Source: Balamuthia mandrillaris
Lineage: Eukaryota
Direction: 5' to 3'
Assembly: GCA_031835245.2 (NCBI GenBank)
Contig: JAVKOQ020000032.1
Span: forward strand, 124,001-188,000
Length of the DNA stretch: 64,000 bases
The notes below the pieces were generated by a model. The model made no database searches. It was given only the letters and a program-made list of their open reading frames with translations, and was not told the origin of the DNA. Below are positions 50,801 through 62,603 of the stretch, one piece after another (the first letter of the stretch is position 1; every line of letters begins with the position of its first letter). A program made the translations under genes and the position numbers.

Positions 50801-53800
50801 TCTTTGTGACGAGGACACCACAGCCTGCATCCTGACGGACAAAACCATCCCTTCTGCCCTGGCCGCCGATCAATGCAACGACTACGAGTGCAACTCCGAG
50901 ACAGGCGAATGGGATGCCACTCCTGTTTCTTGTCCTGTAGACACAGCTTGTGAGACATTCAGCTGTGTCCCTGACAAAGGATGCCTCTCCACCCTCGTTC
51001 CCTGCGATGACTGTCCTTCAGAGCCTGCTTGTGCTGATTGGGAATGTCATCCACAGAGAGGATGGGAGATCATTGACGAGAAAGACTGTCCTACTCCCGA
51101 AGACCTTTGTCAAGAGTATCTTTGTGACGAAGACACGACAGCCTGTATTCTCTCTGACAAGGTCATACCTTCCGAGTTGGAGGCTGATCAATGCAACACC
51201 TACGAATGCAACTCCGAGACGGGCGAATGGGATGCCACTCCTGTTTCTTGTCCTGCAGACACAGCCTGTGAGACCTTCTCCTGCATCCGCGAGGAAGGAT
51301 GTGTCTCCACGGCCGTTCCTTGTGAAGATTGTCCGTCAGAACCCGCTTGTGCTGATTGGGAGTGTCACTGGAAGCATGGATGGAGACCTAGTGCAAGGAA
51401 GCAATGCCCTACCCACGAAGACCTTTGCAAGGAGTACCTTTGCGATTCAGAGTCGACCGCTTGTGTTCTTTACAACAAGGTCATACCTGCCGAGTTGGAG
51501 GCTGACCAATGCAACACCTACGAATGCAACTCTGAGACAGGCGAATGGGATGCTACTCCTGTTTCCTGTCCCGCTGACACAGCTTGTGAGACCTACTCCT
51601 GCATCCGCGAGGAAGGGTGTGTCTCCACGGCCGTTCCTTGTGAAGACTGTCCGTCAGAACCCGCTTGTGCGGAATGGGAGTGTCATCCTGTCAGAGGATG
51701 GCAGCCTGTGGAAGAGAAGGGTTGTCCCACTCCAGAAGATCGTTGCAAAGAGTATCTCTGCGACGAAGAAACCACGGCTTGCATCCTGTCGGACAAGATC
51801 ATTCCCGCTGAGTTGGAGGACGATCAGTGCAACACCTACGAATGCAACTCCGACACGGGCGAATGGGATGCCACTCCTGTTTCCTGTCCCGCGGACACAG
51901 CCTGCGAGACCTTCTCTTGTGATCGCGATGAAGGATGCCTCTCTACTGCCATTCCTTGTGAAAACTGTCCATCAGAACCCGCTTGTGCCAATTGGGAGTG
52001 TCACCCAGTGAGAGGATGGGAAGCAGTGGACGAGAAGAGCTGCCCCATTCACGATGACCTCTGCAAGGAATACCTTTGTGACGATGAAACTACGGCCTGC
52101 GTGCTTTCGGACAAGACAATACCTGACGACCTGGCAGCTGACCAGTGCAACACGTATGAGTGCAACTCTGAGACAGGAGAATGGGATGCCACTCCTGTTT
52201 CCTGCCCTGAGGACACAGCCTGCGAAACTTTCTCCTGCCATCGCGATGAAGGATGCCTCTCCACGCCCGTTCCTTGCCAGGATTGTCCTTCAGAGCCAGC
52301 TTGTGCAGAATGGGAGTGTCATCCTGTCAGAGGATGGGAACCAGTGGAAGAGAAAGACTGTCCCATTCCTGACAATCTTTGCAAGGAGTACCTTTGTGAC
52401 GCGGAAAGCACAGCCTGTATGCTCTCCGACAAACCCATTCCTGAAGACCTGGCCGCTGACCAATGCAACACCTACCAGTGCAGGCCTAACACAGGAACAT
52501 GGAAGGCCACGCCAATCACCTGTCCAGAAGACACTCCTTGCAAGAGTTACTCCTGTGACTCCGCCCTGGGATGTCAGTTCACTCTCAAGGAATGCCCCGA
52601 TTGTCCGGAAGAGCCTTCCTGCGCCACATTCTCCTGCCATGACGAGCTAGGTTGGCAAGCCACCAGCAAGGACTGCCCAGAGGAGGTGCCTGGAGACCAG
52701 TGTTTGGAGTACCAATGCACGGAAGACTTTCAATGTGTACCTCAACCTAAGGAATCTCCTGCTGGGGTGCGCAACGACAGCTGCAACACCTTCCGCTGCA
52801 ACAGCCAGACAGGGGAATGGGACAACACCCCCACCCAATGTCCAGAGGACACCTCCTGCCGCACCTTCTCCTGCCATCCGGAGAACGGCTGTGTGGCCAA
52901 CCTCCTGAAGTGTGCCCAACCAGAGGACCAATGCAAGGAGGCCATTTGCCATGGAGAGAGCTTCGAGTGCGTCATCCAGGACAAGCCCATACCGGATGGT
53001 ATCCGCAACGACAGCTGCAACACCTTCAAATGCAACAGCCAGACAGGGGAATGGGACAACACCCCCACCCAATGTCCTAGCAGCGACCTGTGCAACCACT
53101 GGAGTTGTGATCCGGACGAAGGATGCATCAACACGGAGACGCTCTGCCCAGAGGACACGGCCTGTGGTCGTTGGACTTGCAACCCCGATACCACCAAGAG
53201 GTACGAGGGAGTGAACGCCGGGTGCGTGATGTCCCTGACGAGCTGTCCCGCTCCTGTGGACAAATGCAAGCAGAACGTGTGCCTGGAAGGAGCATGCCAG
53301 GAACAAGATGTGCCTCGCCCAGAGGACCTTGCACAGGACAACCTCTGCGAGGAGTTCCAATGCAACCCCAACACTGGTGCTTGGCAACCTCAACCCATCC
53401 ACCAGTGCGACTCCTTGGCGGCGGAGGGTTGCGCAGAGTGGTACTGCCACTCGGAAGAAGGATGTCTGCTGTCCGTTCGGGCAGGTTGTTGCGGAGAGTT
53501 TGACAATAACTGCACGAGCTGCGTGGAGACGTTGGGGTGCGTGTACGACCTCTCGGAAGACATGTGCGAGGCCTTGGACCTTCCCTTGGAGTACTCTCGT
53601 GCCTTGCCCAATGGCACAGCCAACTGGGAGGACCTCATCTCCTCTTGCAGCGGCGGCGGCGGTGGCGGATCAGGTGGAGATGGGAACACAACGGTCATCG
53701 TGGCGAGCGTGGCCTCGGCGGCCGGAGCTGGAGCTTTGGGGGCGGGGGCGGCTGGCTTGGCGGCCTGGAGAAAGTTGAAGAAGAAGAACGTGCCGGGCAC

Positions 53801-53903
53801 CACGGCAAGTGCCATGGACGCCATGGCCCTGGGCTCCGCCACTGTCTCTCCTCTGTTCGAGGCGGCAACGACCGAGCAGAAGAACCCCTTGTTTGAGCAG
53901 TAA
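47869..53903 (+). CDS. Large Cys-rich type-I membrane protein: DUF4114-like head, ~11 x 106-aa repeats, PSI-like segment, Gly-rich TM, SPLF/NPLF tail
   Basis: Signal peptide, then FTYELAGYRNRMGYF and GFEDYPSYDQDYNDLVFF. Two GT-AG introns precede a >5-kb terminal exon. Tail ...VSPLFEAATTEQKNPLFEQ*. Confidence 0.9.
49290..52700 (+). repeat. Coding tandem repeat, 318-bp period (106 aa, 14 Cys), about 11 copies
   Basis: The ACTC(T/C)GAGAC core of the NSETGEW motif recurs at about 49621, 49939, 50257 and onward at 318-nt spacing. Confidence 0.93.
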
Positions 53904-54707
53904 GACCATCAGCAAGGAGCGAGAGAGCGCGAGAGAGAGAGAGAGAGAGAGAGAAGAGGAAGGTGTTAACGGACAAGGAAGCTAAGTCCATTTGTTGTAT
54001 TTATTATCCCCTATTTATAATTGTATGTTATCTCGCGCCGTTTCTATCTTTCTTTCCTGTGTGGTTCCTTTTCATTTGTTTCATCATTTGGAGGAACTCC
54101 TCCTGCACCACCGCTAGACTTTTGCCCTCTCTTTATGTCAGCACGGAAACGTGCACGTGCCGTCGTTTCAACAACAAACAGACAGTCACGGCCAAAGATT
54201 CTCCTCCACAGACTGAGCACGTCAACGGGAGGCGCTGACCCGGCCTGGCATACAGGCCGAGGCTCTCGTTTGCACTTGCAATCGAGCTGCCTTACGTTGG
54301 TTCATGCGTTCGATGGTTTGTCTTGCTGTCTCCATGATAGCCCTCCTACTTTGGCCAGAGAGAAGCAAAAAAGACCAAACAAGAAAAATAGAAATGGTTT
54401 ATTATATAAAACGGGTGGTGGGTGGACACAAGACCTTCAAGATAACGCTGGCGGGGCAGCTCGGCATCACCTTATCTTGCAGTTCAATAAACCGATCTTT
54501 TGCCCCAAACAAGGTAACATCACTTAAAGGACATTGCTGAAACCGACGTTGCTTTTTTTGTTCGTGTTCCTCTCGGGAACACAACCTGCAACCGCATCTT
54601 TCTGCTGAGCGAACTGCCGAACAGCCCTGGGGCCTGGACCAGAACAAAAAATGTTCCCCGGAGACTTGTTCATGCGCTGCTGCGTTTGGCTGTGTCTTTT
54701 CTTGCAG

Positions 54708-56523
54708 TTTATATAAAAGACTCCATGAGGATCATCTTCAACGATGCCTCCAGCAACCCTGCATGTCTTTTGAAAGGAGCCACAGTAAGAGTAGGTGGGT
54801 AGTGCTTGTTATTACTACTCCCTGGTTGACCTTGCTTTTTCTATCACAACAGGTCCGTTTGCCGGCAACCAGGCAGTGGGCTTTTTCCTTCTCCCAAACG
54901 ACGTGTGTACCAGTACTCTCCCCACAGCTGATAACGGGCAGCCAGGACACCCTGAGAACGCCTATTGGAGCATTGACCAATTCAACCTCCCCAAAGTAGC
55001 GGCAAAGTGGAAGGAATATCCAAAAACGGGGAGAATGGTTGCCGTTGTTAAGGTTCGGAAGGCTCTTGAAGCTGTCTTGTTCTTTTCTTTGTCCTTATGT
55101 TCTCATACGGCCAACCCGGTAAAACATGCAACAGGACAATGCAAAAAACCGCTTCCATCTAGGGTTTGAGGACAAGCCTACCACGGATCAAGACTACAAC
55201 GACCTGGTCTTCTTCCTCGAGTCCAATTGCCGCATCAACGAGGTGTACATTCCTTGTCTCGGCACAGAATGTCCGGCGGGCACCGTGCTCAACACAAAGC
55301 GTTGCACATGTGCTTGCGCCAACCCTTCCCCCTGCCCAGGAATACTCAAGTGGGACGACGAAAAGTGCCGTTGCGTCTGTCCGACGGGTGCCGAGAACCC
55401 TTGTCAAAGCACGCGCTGTGCTACCTCTGTTTGCGATGAGACGAGCGCCTCCTGCAAAACGACCCCAATCCAGTGCCCCGGACAGGACACCTCCTGCGGC
55501 CGTTGGAAGTGCGATCCGAGCCAAGGCTGCATTCGAGAGGAACTGTCCTGCCCAGCACTTGCCGACAAGTGCAAGCAAAACGTGTGCAATCGACAAACCT
55601 GGGAGTGCGTATCAAAGGACAAAGAACGTCCTGCTTGGGCGGTGGATGACTTTTGTAGCACCTGGGCCTGCCAGGCTGCTACTGGCCAGTGGGTGGAGAC
55701 AGAGACGGAGTGTCCGGAGGACACGTCTTGCGAGACCTACTCCTGCGATGCTCAGAGAGGAAAATGCATCAAATCTCCGGTCCCTTGCGCCCAATGTCCT
55801 CCGATCAGCTGTGCGATATACGCATGTGACCCCAAGAGAGGCTGGGAAGTGGTTGGAGAGCAGAACTGCCCGGCTCATGGAGAAGACCTTTGCAAGGAGT
55901 ATCACTGCGAAGCGGCCACCAAAGCTTGCGTTCTTCATGACAAGCTCATCCCCTCAGAAGCGGCTGATGATCAGTGCCATGAGTACGAGTGCAATGCAGA
56001 GACCGGAGAGTGGGAACCTCATCCCGCTCACGATTGCGACTCGAAGGAGGCTCGCGGCTGTGCGGAGTGGTCTTGCGATCCTCACGAGGGTTGTCTGCTC
56101 TCCGTTCGTGCTGGCTGCTGCAGTGACTTTGACAAGAACTGCACTGGTTGCATAGGAACATTGGGTTGTTTCTACGACCCTTCCGGGGACCTTTGCGAAG
56201 CAATGGAGTTGTCTCTCGAGGAGTCTAGAGTCATGCCCAACGGCACCAACAACTGGGGTGAGCACGCTTGTCCTTCTGGAAGGTCCGATGGCGGCGGAGA
56301 CAACACCACTGCCATCGTGGCTGGAGTCGTCAGTGCCGTGGCTTCAGTCGGCGCTGTGGCTGGAGCTGCTGCTGGGCTGGCCGCCTGGAGGAAGGTGAAG
56401 AAGAGGAGGCTGGTGTCAGCGGCCAACGCTTTGGAGCCCATTTCGATCACAAGCGCTTCGATTAACCCGGTGTTTGAAGCAGCCACAACAGAGCTGGAGA
56501 ATCCTATTTTCCACAAACAGTGA
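54708..56523 (+). CDS. Short tandem paralogue of the Cys-rich receptor; 5' end not found (possibly truncated or a pseudogene)
   Basis: KDSMRIIFNDAS...GPFAGNQAVGFFLLPND...GFEDKPTTDQDYNDLVFF, with the same two intron positions as 47869-53903. It has about one repeat unit and the tail NPVFE...NPIF. No homologous signal-peptide exon is visible upstream. Confidence 0.8.
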
Positions 56524-56569
56524 TGAGGACAAAGAGCCTTTTGTATAAAGTTATTTTGTTTTCATTATG

Positions 56570-57686
56570 TTATGAAGGAAGAAAGAAGTATCCTTTGCCA
56601 GACATGGCTCCATAAGTGAGACTGGTGTTATCCAACAACCGCCCGCTCTCTCTTGTTCCTGCGCTCAAGTATCCTGCAACGAAGTGACGCAACGGCGTTG
56701 AAAATGGGTAGCCTCCAACCTGGCTTCTTGTGCTTGTCTTCTTTCCTTCTTCATCCACTTCTTTGTCTTCTTCCTTGCCCACAATCTCTTCCAACGGAAC
56801 CCATCGTGCTTCCACTATTTCAGCTGGATCCAACGTAAGTGCTGGTTCTTCTTCTGCTTCTTCTTCATGCTCGTTTTGGCTGTTGCAACAACTGTTCTTT
56901 GGAGGAGTTAAAGACATAACGATGCAAAAGTAGAGGCTGTTACAGCCGAAGCGACTCTGCAGCTCGTCCCAAATACCAGCAAAGCCCACCGGATAAACTT
57001 TCAACCCGACCTCCTCCATCACCTCTCGGCATGCTGCCTCCACCACGTATTCCCCTTTGTCTATGGCTCCTCCTTTCCGTTTATCGAGAAAACCCATTGA
57101 AGTCAATAACAGAGAAAAAGAATGAGAAAAGAGGTTTTACCTGGAAACTCCCAATGGTGCTGCCTCACTCTCTCCCTCACCACAAGGGCAAGTCTCTGCC
57201 CGCCAGCGCCTCGACGCACCACCATGCCACATGCTCCGGCGATGTGCGTGCCGTGCTGAGGCACTTTGTTGAGGCTGCCCGGCACCAACCAGCGGGTGAA
57301 GATGATATGGTCGTCCTCGTGGTCGACGCGATGTAACTTGAAGCCAACCTTGCTTAACACTGGAATAAACCTTTCAAAAAAATATTCAAAAAGAAAAAGA
57401 AAACCCATTAAAAAAGAGAGAAAGAAAAGAAAAAGGTTTAAACAAAAAAAAGAGGTCACCTTCCCGACTGGGTGTGCACTTTACACCAAACGGCTGTGAT
57501 GGTTACGTCCGCCTCCCACTGAGAGATGCAAGAGAGAAACAGGCGTTCCAGCTGCTCAGGGTCTTCAGGATAGGCCGTTTCATTATCTGGGTGGATGGTG
57601 ATGCTTATGTTACCGTAGCGCCCTATTTTCTTCGGCTCGTGAACGGACGGATAACCACTTGTCCTTTCCTCTGTCGTTCCCTCCAT
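56570..57686 (-). CDS. Nudix hydrolase, NUDT6-like (pre-Nudix + Nudix), 3 exons
   Basis: GFKLHR...IFTRWL...NKVPQHGTHIAGACGMVV, and the Nudix box WEFPGGAIDKGEYVVEAACREVMEEVGL. Confidence 0.88.
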
Positions 57687-57910
57687 TCTGTTGAAACACT
57701 TCTGGCTATATTAATCATTCTTTGCATACCTGGAATTCAATAAATTATTAAAATAATTAAAATTGTACAAATCACTTAAATTGTATAAATATTTTACATA
57801 TCTTTAATTACTTGAATTCCTAAAATTCTTCAAATAGTTAGGAAGAAGCACACAGGAGCAGACGCTGACCCCCAACGAGCCACAGGAGGACCTGTGTGGT
57901 GCTACACAAA

Positions 57911-59716
57911 ATGAGGATCGAGGAGGAGAGCGTTGAGCATCACGGCGAGGAAGGGAGTGAAGCAAGTCTGATAGAGGCGATGCTTAACGATGAGCTGCTC
58001 TCCCTCATTTTGCATATGGTACCGGAGAAGGAGGTGGCCATCCCCGCCAGGACCTGCCGTAGGTGGTTCCGCTGCAGCCCCCCAAAGCTTCGACACAAGC
58101 TCTTCCTCTCTCCGCTTTTCCGCTCCTTGTCTCTCCTTTCGTGGGCCGCACAGGACGAACACTATGCCGCCTATGGCGTGGGCGTCATTGATATGCACCA
58201 ACGCGAAGCATGCGCAGCGGCTGCCGGCCACGGCAACCTGGAGGCGCTGCGTTGGTTGCGAGAAACAAAAGGCTGCGACTGGGACCTCGGTGTCTTCATC
58301 AGAGCGGCCACGCAGGGACACTTGGCGGTGCTGCAATGGGCTCACCAGAACGGCTGCCCTTGGAGTTACTCGCAGGACAACATTGACGAAGCAATGGAAG
58401 TGCCTGCGCGGGCTGCAGAGGGCGGTCGCTTGGAGGTGTTGCGATGGCTGAGGGAGGAAGCCAACTGTCCCTGGTGCGAGTGGACCTGCAGCAGCGCAGC
58501 GCGGAACGGACATTTGGAAGTGCTGAAATGGGCTCGTGAGAACGGCTGTCCCTGGGATGCGCGGGCCTTCCACTCCGCTGCAACAAGAGGTCATTGGGAA
58601 GTGCTGCGGTGGCTTCAAGAGAGCGGATGCCCTTGGAGCGAAAACACTTGCAGCGCAGCTGCGAGAGCAGGACGTTTGAAAGTGTTGCAGTGGCTTAGAG
58701 AGAACGGGTGCCCTTGGGACGCAGGGACTTGCGCCAACGCAGCAGTGAAAGACCATCAGGATGTGCTGCAATGGGCGAAGGACAATGGATGTCCTTGGGA
58801 CGAGTACACCTGCCATGGCTTGGCCAAGAGAGGCCGTTTAGACGCTCTAAAGAAAGCCCGAGAGGAAGGCTGCCCTTGGAACAGCTTAACATGCCGCTGC
58901 GCGGCCAAAGGAGGACACTTGGAGGTGCTGAAGTGGTTGAGAAAGAAAGGCTGCCCTTGGGACTGGTTCACTTGTCTTGAGGCAGTTGAACGGAGCCATC
59001 TTGGAATTTTGAAGTGGGCCTGCGAGAACGGCTGTCCTTGTGACGACGAAGTCACTGCGGCTGCTGCGCGGAAAGGAGACCTGGAAGCACTCAAAACTCT
59101 GTACTCGAGACAAGCGATTGGAGGAGAGGGACATGAAGAAAAGGAAGAAGGGCAAGGCCACATTTGGAGCACGCGTACCAGCATGAGCGCAGCAGAGACA
59201 GCTCAGTTGGAGTCGCTCAAATGGCTCCAAGAGATAGGGTGTCCCTTGGACGAGGGCATTTGCATCTCTGCAGCACGCCATGGCCACCTGGACGTGCTCC
59301 AATGGGCTTACGAAAACGGTTGCCCTTGGAACGAGAAGCTCATATGCAAATATGCCGCAGAAGGAGGACGCTTGAACGTGCTGCAATGGGTAAAAGAGAT
59401 GAGCGTAGCAACAGGAGAAGGGCACCCCGCCTGGGATACGACAACCTGTGGCGCAGCGGCCATTTACGGCCAATTGGTGGCTCTGCAGTGGCTCCAAGAG
59501 AATGGGTGTCCTTGGGATAAGAGCTGTTGCAACCTGGCGGCCTCCTTGGGAAGGTGGGACGTGTTGCGCTGGCTTCACAAGAAGGGATGCCCTTGGGGCG
59601 AGGACACTTACATGATAGCTGCCTACGTTGGAAATGCCGAAGTGCTAAAGTGGCTGAAGGAGAACGGGTGTCCTTGGCCGGGGAGCATGAGCGCAGCCAT
59701 AGCGAAACGTGATTGA
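57911..59716 (+). CDS. Intronless F-box-like + ankyrin-like (GCPW) repeat protein
   Basis: LNDELLSLILHMV...ARTCRRW, then more than 12 repeats of AA..GHLEVLKW..ENGCPW in a single ORF. Confidence 0.92.
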   Translation: MRIEEESVEHHGEEGSEASLIEAMLNDELLSLILHMVPEKEVAIPARTCRRWFRCSPPKLRHKLFLSPLFRSLSLLSWAAQDEHYAAYGVGVIDMHQREACAAAAGHGNLEALRWLRETKGCDWDLGVFIRAATQGHLAVLQWAHQNGCPWSYSQDNIDEAMEVPARAAEGGRLEVLRWLREEANCPWCEWTCSSAARNGHLEVLKWARENGCPWDARAFHSAATRGHWEVLRWLQESGCPWSENTCSAAARAGRLKVLQWLRENGCPWDAGTCANAAVKDHQDVLQWAKDNGCPWDEYTCHGLAKRGRLDALKKAREEGCPWNSLTCRCAAKGGHLEVLKWLRKKGCPWDWFTCLEAVERSHLGILKWACENGCPCDDEVTAAAARKGDLEALKTLYSRQAIGGEGHEEKEEGQGHIWSTRTSMSAAETAQLESLKWLQEIGCPLDEGICISAARHGHLDVLQWAYENGCPWNEKLICKYAAEGGRLNVLQWVKEMSVATGEGHPAWDTTTCGAAAIYGQLVALQWLQENGCPWDKSCCNLAASLGRWDVLRWLHKKGCPWGEDTYMIAAYVGNAEVLKWLKENGCPWPGSMSAAIAKRD

Positions 59717-59775
59717 GAGGAACAGGACCGAATAGCTGTGTTATGAAACAAAAACGGCATTGTTGGGAAAGGTTT

Positions 59776-62563
59776 TTAGTGAGGAGAAGGCAGACCTAAC
59801 TGAGTTGAGCTCAACATGTTATCCAACATTTGCGAGAAAGATCCATGGTGGAACTCTCCTCCACTATCAGGAGAATTTCCGACCAAGAAAGCTTCCACAA
59901 AATCATCTCCCTCTTCTTCATCCTCCTCTTCTTTTTTCTTCTCGTTTTGCTTTGCCGCTGCCAATTGTCGATACTGTTCTCTGAGCCCGCCAACGGCCGG
60001 ACACACTCTTGCGTTCTTCTCCGTCACTCGCAACAAACTCTCCAACAGGTCCAATCTTCCGCTTTTCAGGAAGATGGTGAAGATGAGGTCCAACATAAGC
60101 ATGATGCCAGCCAATATAAACCCAAAGTAAGGGTCGTTTGTGGCCTCGGCCAAGTAACGCTCCGCCCAGGCGAGAGCCGTCGTTCTTTGTCCCATGCACC
60201 AGTAACAACGAGCTCTGAGGGCGCAAATGAAGGTGATCATGTTGACAAAAGCGGTAGGAGGAAGTTCGTTGCTATCACGTAAAGAACGAAGCTCTCGTTC
60301 CAAGGTGTCTAAAGCGTGGATCAAAAAGACGAAGTCAACTGCCGTTTTGTGCTCGTTATCGTGTTTGTATGCATGTTGATGGCATTGTTGAAGACGATTC
60401 TTTTTGAGGGTTTTCTTGTGAGCCCTATGAAGACTAATGCCAAAGACAACACTCGTCATTACTCCGGTCGCCGAGGTCATCAGTCGCATATGCCTGAACA
60501 ATCGTGGTTGATTTTTATATCGTTTTTGTAGTGAATGTGTTTCTCGCTGAGATGCAGAACAAGAGGTGGAGGAAGAAGAAGACGACGATGATGAAGTCGT
60601 TGTAAGTGATGCAAAAGAAATTAAGTCCATGTCGCTGCAGAGCAGATTGTCTTGATAGTAAGGATACCGCTTTGTACGTTCGATCTCATCCTTCAACTCC
60701 ACAAGTTTTTGAGCTATCTCTGGCTCCGCTTCCGAAGTGTATGAGGATAACCCGTTCACGCAGAGACAGCGTTGATAGGCATCACTATGAAAAGCTTTCA
60801 ACCGGCGACAGATGTTCATCGCCAAAGTGTTGTAGTAGGAGCTTCGCACTGGGTCCATCTCCCAGAACAAAGTATGGTGCGACATGCAACTCAACGCAAG
60901 GGCCACGTTGTAATCGGTGAGATCAAAAGTATACTCCAAGAGAGCACGTGCTCGTCGGTAGAATTGAGTCATATTTGGAAGGTCTCCTTGTAATGCTGCT
61001 CCTATAAGCAAAGCTCGTGTCACGAAAGCAGGCAGAAAAAAGAAGAGAAGAGAGAAGAGAGCATAGGACAGCAGGGAATATAGACGAACCAATTGCGATA
61101 ACAAGGTTCACGCAAAGTGCCAGGGCACTCGTATCTTCCGCTCCTTCAGTTGTTGAAAATATGTATCTGACGTTGATTTCATCCATCGCAGCAGGATGCA
61201 GTGGATGTACGGCCCACATATGCTCTCTATACATGTCGAGATATCTCAACACTCCATTGAAGAGATGCAAATGAGCATCATCGTTCCAAATGCCAATAGA
61301 GCGTCTCTCTCGTCGTTTACTCTTTCTATCTTCGGAATCCTCTTTTCTATCGTCGTTGTCTTGCGGGTGTTCATCGCAGAACGAATTACTTACAGGTACG
61401 TCAGGTCGAAAAAAGATACGTTGTTTTTCCACAACACGTTTCCGTTTTTGCTCCATTCGTTCCTCAATAACGGGTTCAATCGCCGACCATCCCCAGTTGA
61501 ACCTATTCACCCTTCCATCTTTTAAAAAAACGGTAATACTCTTAGAAAAAATAACCCTTGCTCCAAAGCAAAAAGGGAAAAGAGTAACCCAGAAACGAAC
61601 GGGAAAAAGGCAAGAAGGACGTACAACAGACAGACACATGACCGAATCACAGTTAGAATGAGGAATGAAGGTTACCTTCATCGTCCTGGGTGGCGTCAGT
61701 AGACAGATGAGAAAGGCCCAAGGACGCCAAGGTTTGAAAGGAATATGTGGAGTTAAAAGAAATGGATGAGGATGCACTCGCCGTAGCCGGTTCGTTCAGC
61801 ATCAACATCTCAAGAGGGTGAGTATCATCCCAATCCTGCCACTCTACTTCGCTGGCTTTGGTTTCCGTCTCTTCCCCTGCTTCTAACACCCGGACAGTTT
61901 GTTGTGGAGGTTGATTCTGATCATCGTTGCCGGAATGTTGATGTTGATAATGTTGAGGTTGTAGTTGTTCAGCTGGAAACTTCGGGGTTCTGCCTCCAGC
62001 ACCTCCCCCTTCGCCAAAAGGAAGAGGAGGGTGAAGCAAAGGTTTATCTTCATTGATGAGCATTGGAACATATCCGGAAGGAGGTATGTCCTGCTGTCCG
62101 CTGTAACAAGCATCTGGTTCGTGCTGAAGATGATGACGAGGGTATGTGTAACGATAATGGTGATACTGAGAGGAGCTCACTGGGATGGAAGTAGTTTGGT
62201 TGCCTGAAGTATAAACTCGTGGCTGTTGCGGATATGAAGGACGAAAAGGATGAGGAAGAACATGAGGTTGGGGATGACGGTAAACTGTGTTTCTGCTCGA
62301 GTGTACTGGTGGCTTCGCGTCAGCACCCATAGCACGGTTGTAATTATTATTTCCGTGCTTCGCTCTAAAGAGTCAAGAAAGAACAAACAATTCAATAGAA
62401 AAAGACAAGTCAGAAAAAAACCAGCTAAGAAAACTAAAATGAATATGGCTTACCCTGCCAATACCACCGCTTTTGCCCGTTTCTTTTCATTTCGTACAAA
62501 CTTGAGACCACACGCATTGCACAGAGTAATCTTCCATCAAAGCCAAGCTGTCAAAGAAAATCG

Positions 62564-62603
<40 letters not shown>

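Noticed and set aside
49290..52700. Regular repeat array as CRISPR or a mobile element
   Set aside because: The units are in-frame 318-bp coding repeats with no unique spacers, cas genes or transposase.
49182..53450. Long antisense and alternative-frame ORFs over the Cys-rich gene and other CDSs
   Set aside because: These are shadows of repetitive, codon-biased coding sequence with no independent motifs.
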